The translations under genes were made by a program, and so were the position numbers. Shown piece after piece: positions 62,625 to 64,000 of a stretch of DNA of 64,000 bases; position 1 is the stretch's first letter; each line of letters starts with the position of its first letter. Origin of the DNA: a virus (lineage: Duplodnaviria; Caudoviricetes); IMG/VR virus record IMGVR_UViG_3300048672_000970, positions 128,001-192,000 of that record; one strand, 5' to 3'. Below the pieces are notes generated by a model. That model was not told the origin of the DNA. It saw nothing but the letters and a program-made list of their open reading frames with translations, and searched no databases.

Positions 62625-64000
62625 ATGGATCAAAATAACACTACTCCAGACAACAGCCAGGACGAACAGGACGTTAAGCACGAAATCAAGCATTTTGATG
62701 CTAAGACCGTTGATCCGATGAGTTCGCAGCGTGTACGCATTTATAAAGCCGTTTTCGGCAACATGCGCACTCATATGTCAGACCAAGCTTCTATCACGGG
62801 CGTTATGCTCAAGGGTAACGCCGGTACGGGTAAGACTTCGTTCGCCCGTGACCTGCAAGCGATGCTTGGTATCGCGCTCGTCGTGATTGAAGCGCCGCAC
62901 GTCACTGAAGAACACCTGCTGAACATTCCGTTCATCGTTTTCCCCGATGCAGAAGCAAAGGGTAAGACCCTGCACGACCAGCATGAGAAGGAATTGGATT
63001 ATGAACTGACCCTTGCTAATTCAGTGTTGTACACGCAACTGATGCGCGGCAAGAAGCAATCTGATGCACAACTGCTGGAAAACATTTACGAAAATCCGAA
63101 GCATGCTTCGCTGATTCCGGTGTGGGAAGCTTTTGGCGGTAAACCGAACGTTATTCCGGCACTGTTCAAGAGCATTCGGTCTAAGTTCTCTTGCCTACTT
63201 TTCATTGACGAATATTATCGCCAGCCGAAGAAGCGTATTCGCAACATTCTTCGTGGTCTGCTGAATAAGCAACTTGGTATGCATGACATGCCAGCTCACG
63301 TTTATACCCTGTATGCAACGAACGTTGATGATGAAGGCGTGACGACTGGTGATACCAACGAAACGTTCAATTGGCACACGGTTGAAGTTCCTGAGAAGGA
63401 TGAATGGTTCGCCCACATGGTTAACAAGTATGCCCATACGGGTGAACTGAAAGATGAAGTGGTGCAAAAGTTCTACAATGCGATTGAGCAAGAGCACCTA
63501 TCGCATAACGACATGGACAACCTGCAAGAATCGGTTCGCTCATCTCCCCGTCGCTGGGAACAGATTTTGGCGTATGTCAGTGCTGCCCTGCCAGTGAAGG
63601 ATGCTCATGAAGCCGAGCAACTGATTAAAAACGTCCGTATTCAATTCCGGCATTATAAGACTGGTCAGTTTGGTAAGCTTGAAAGTATTGTTGCTGATGC
63701 GGTGCGTGAGCTGATTAACGAAACGTCCGGTGTTACTGCGTCGAGTGGTGGACTATCCGATGATGACTGGCGTGAAACGCTTGACCATCAGATTAAGATG
63801 AAAATGCGCATGGGTGTAACCCGTAAGAACATTCCGGTTATTGCTGGTCTGCCGGGTGTTGGTAAGACTTCTGAACTGCAAAAGGTCGCCGATAGCAACC
63901 ATATGGTACTGGTGATGATTAACTCATCTAATCTGTCCGCAGAAGAAATTATCGGTTCACCTGTCACTGAAAAGGATAAGTCGCAAGGTCTGAATGTTTC
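62625..64000 (+). CDS. 3'-truncated tandem AAA+ (MoxR-like) ATPase, absent from the ORF track
   Basis: Open to the window end; GNAGTGKT ... LFIDEYYR ... YATN, and a second Walker A GLPGVGKT. Confidence 0.85.
   Translation, partial: MDQNNTTPDNSQDEQDVKHEIKHFDAKTVDPMSSQRVRIYKAVFGNMRTHMSDQASITGVMLKGNAGTGKTSFARDLQAMLGIALVVIEAPHVTEEHLLNIPFIVFPDAEAKGKTLHDQHEKELDYELTLANSVLYTQLMRGKKQSDAQLLENIYENPKHASLIPVWEAFGGKPNVIPALFKSIRSKFSCLLFIDEYYRQPKKRIRNILRGLLNKQLGMHDMPAHVYTLYATNVDDEGVTTGDTNETFNWHTVEVPEKDEWFAHMVNKYAHTGELKDEVVQKFYNAIEQEHLSHNDMDNLQESVRSSPRRWEQILAYVSAALPVKDAHEAEQLIKNVRIQFRHYKTGQFGKLESIVADAVRELINETSGVTASSGGLSDDDWRETLDHQIKMKMRMGVTRKNIPVIAGLPGVGKTSELQKVADSNHMVLVMINSSNLSAEEIIGSPVTEKDKSQGLNV

Noticed and set aside
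1-64000. Alternative genetic code (TAG or TGA reassignment)
   Set aside because: Core genes, including 8-kb and 4-kb ORFs, are uninterrupted under code 11
1-64000. tRNA, rRNA, retron or diversity-generating retroelement
   Set aside because: No cloverleaf recognised in the intergenic gaps, no reverse transcriptase motifs, and no adenine-specific template/variable repeat pair

Overview
A 64-kb segment of a large, probably jumbo, T4-like myovirus genome. All family calls come from motif recognition by eye, with no database search. The T4-like core comprises a gp4-like head-completion nuclease, tail tube and tube-fold proteins, primase, DnaB-like helicase, dUTPase, large terminase (with a 145-aa mini-intein), two giant structural proteins, a gp32-like SSB, UvsX/UvsY/UvsW and a GH108 endolysin. 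Genes lie almost all on the + strand. They are driven by NTAAATA late promoters (structural genes) or by sigma70/extended -10 promoters (small accessory genes). No tRNA, rRNA, CRISPR array or IS element is visible. Three things are not explained by the gene list. (1) Two ~1-kb non-coding regions, ~25.55-26.65 kb and ~54.55-55.43 kb, are inverted homologues of each other. Each holds four copies of a ~116-bp multipartite element with nearly invariant spacing. (2) Three copies of a folded module inside those regions keep a 11-12-bp stem through compensatory base changes. (3) About 11 diverged paralogues lie in tandem (39.9-49.4 kb) and share an acidic helical motif. Most carry an N-terminal MKLxxLFES leader resembling a capsid-targeting/prohead-protease site. 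Two untagged members have their own sigma70 promoters, and an M16 peptidase gene interrupts the array.
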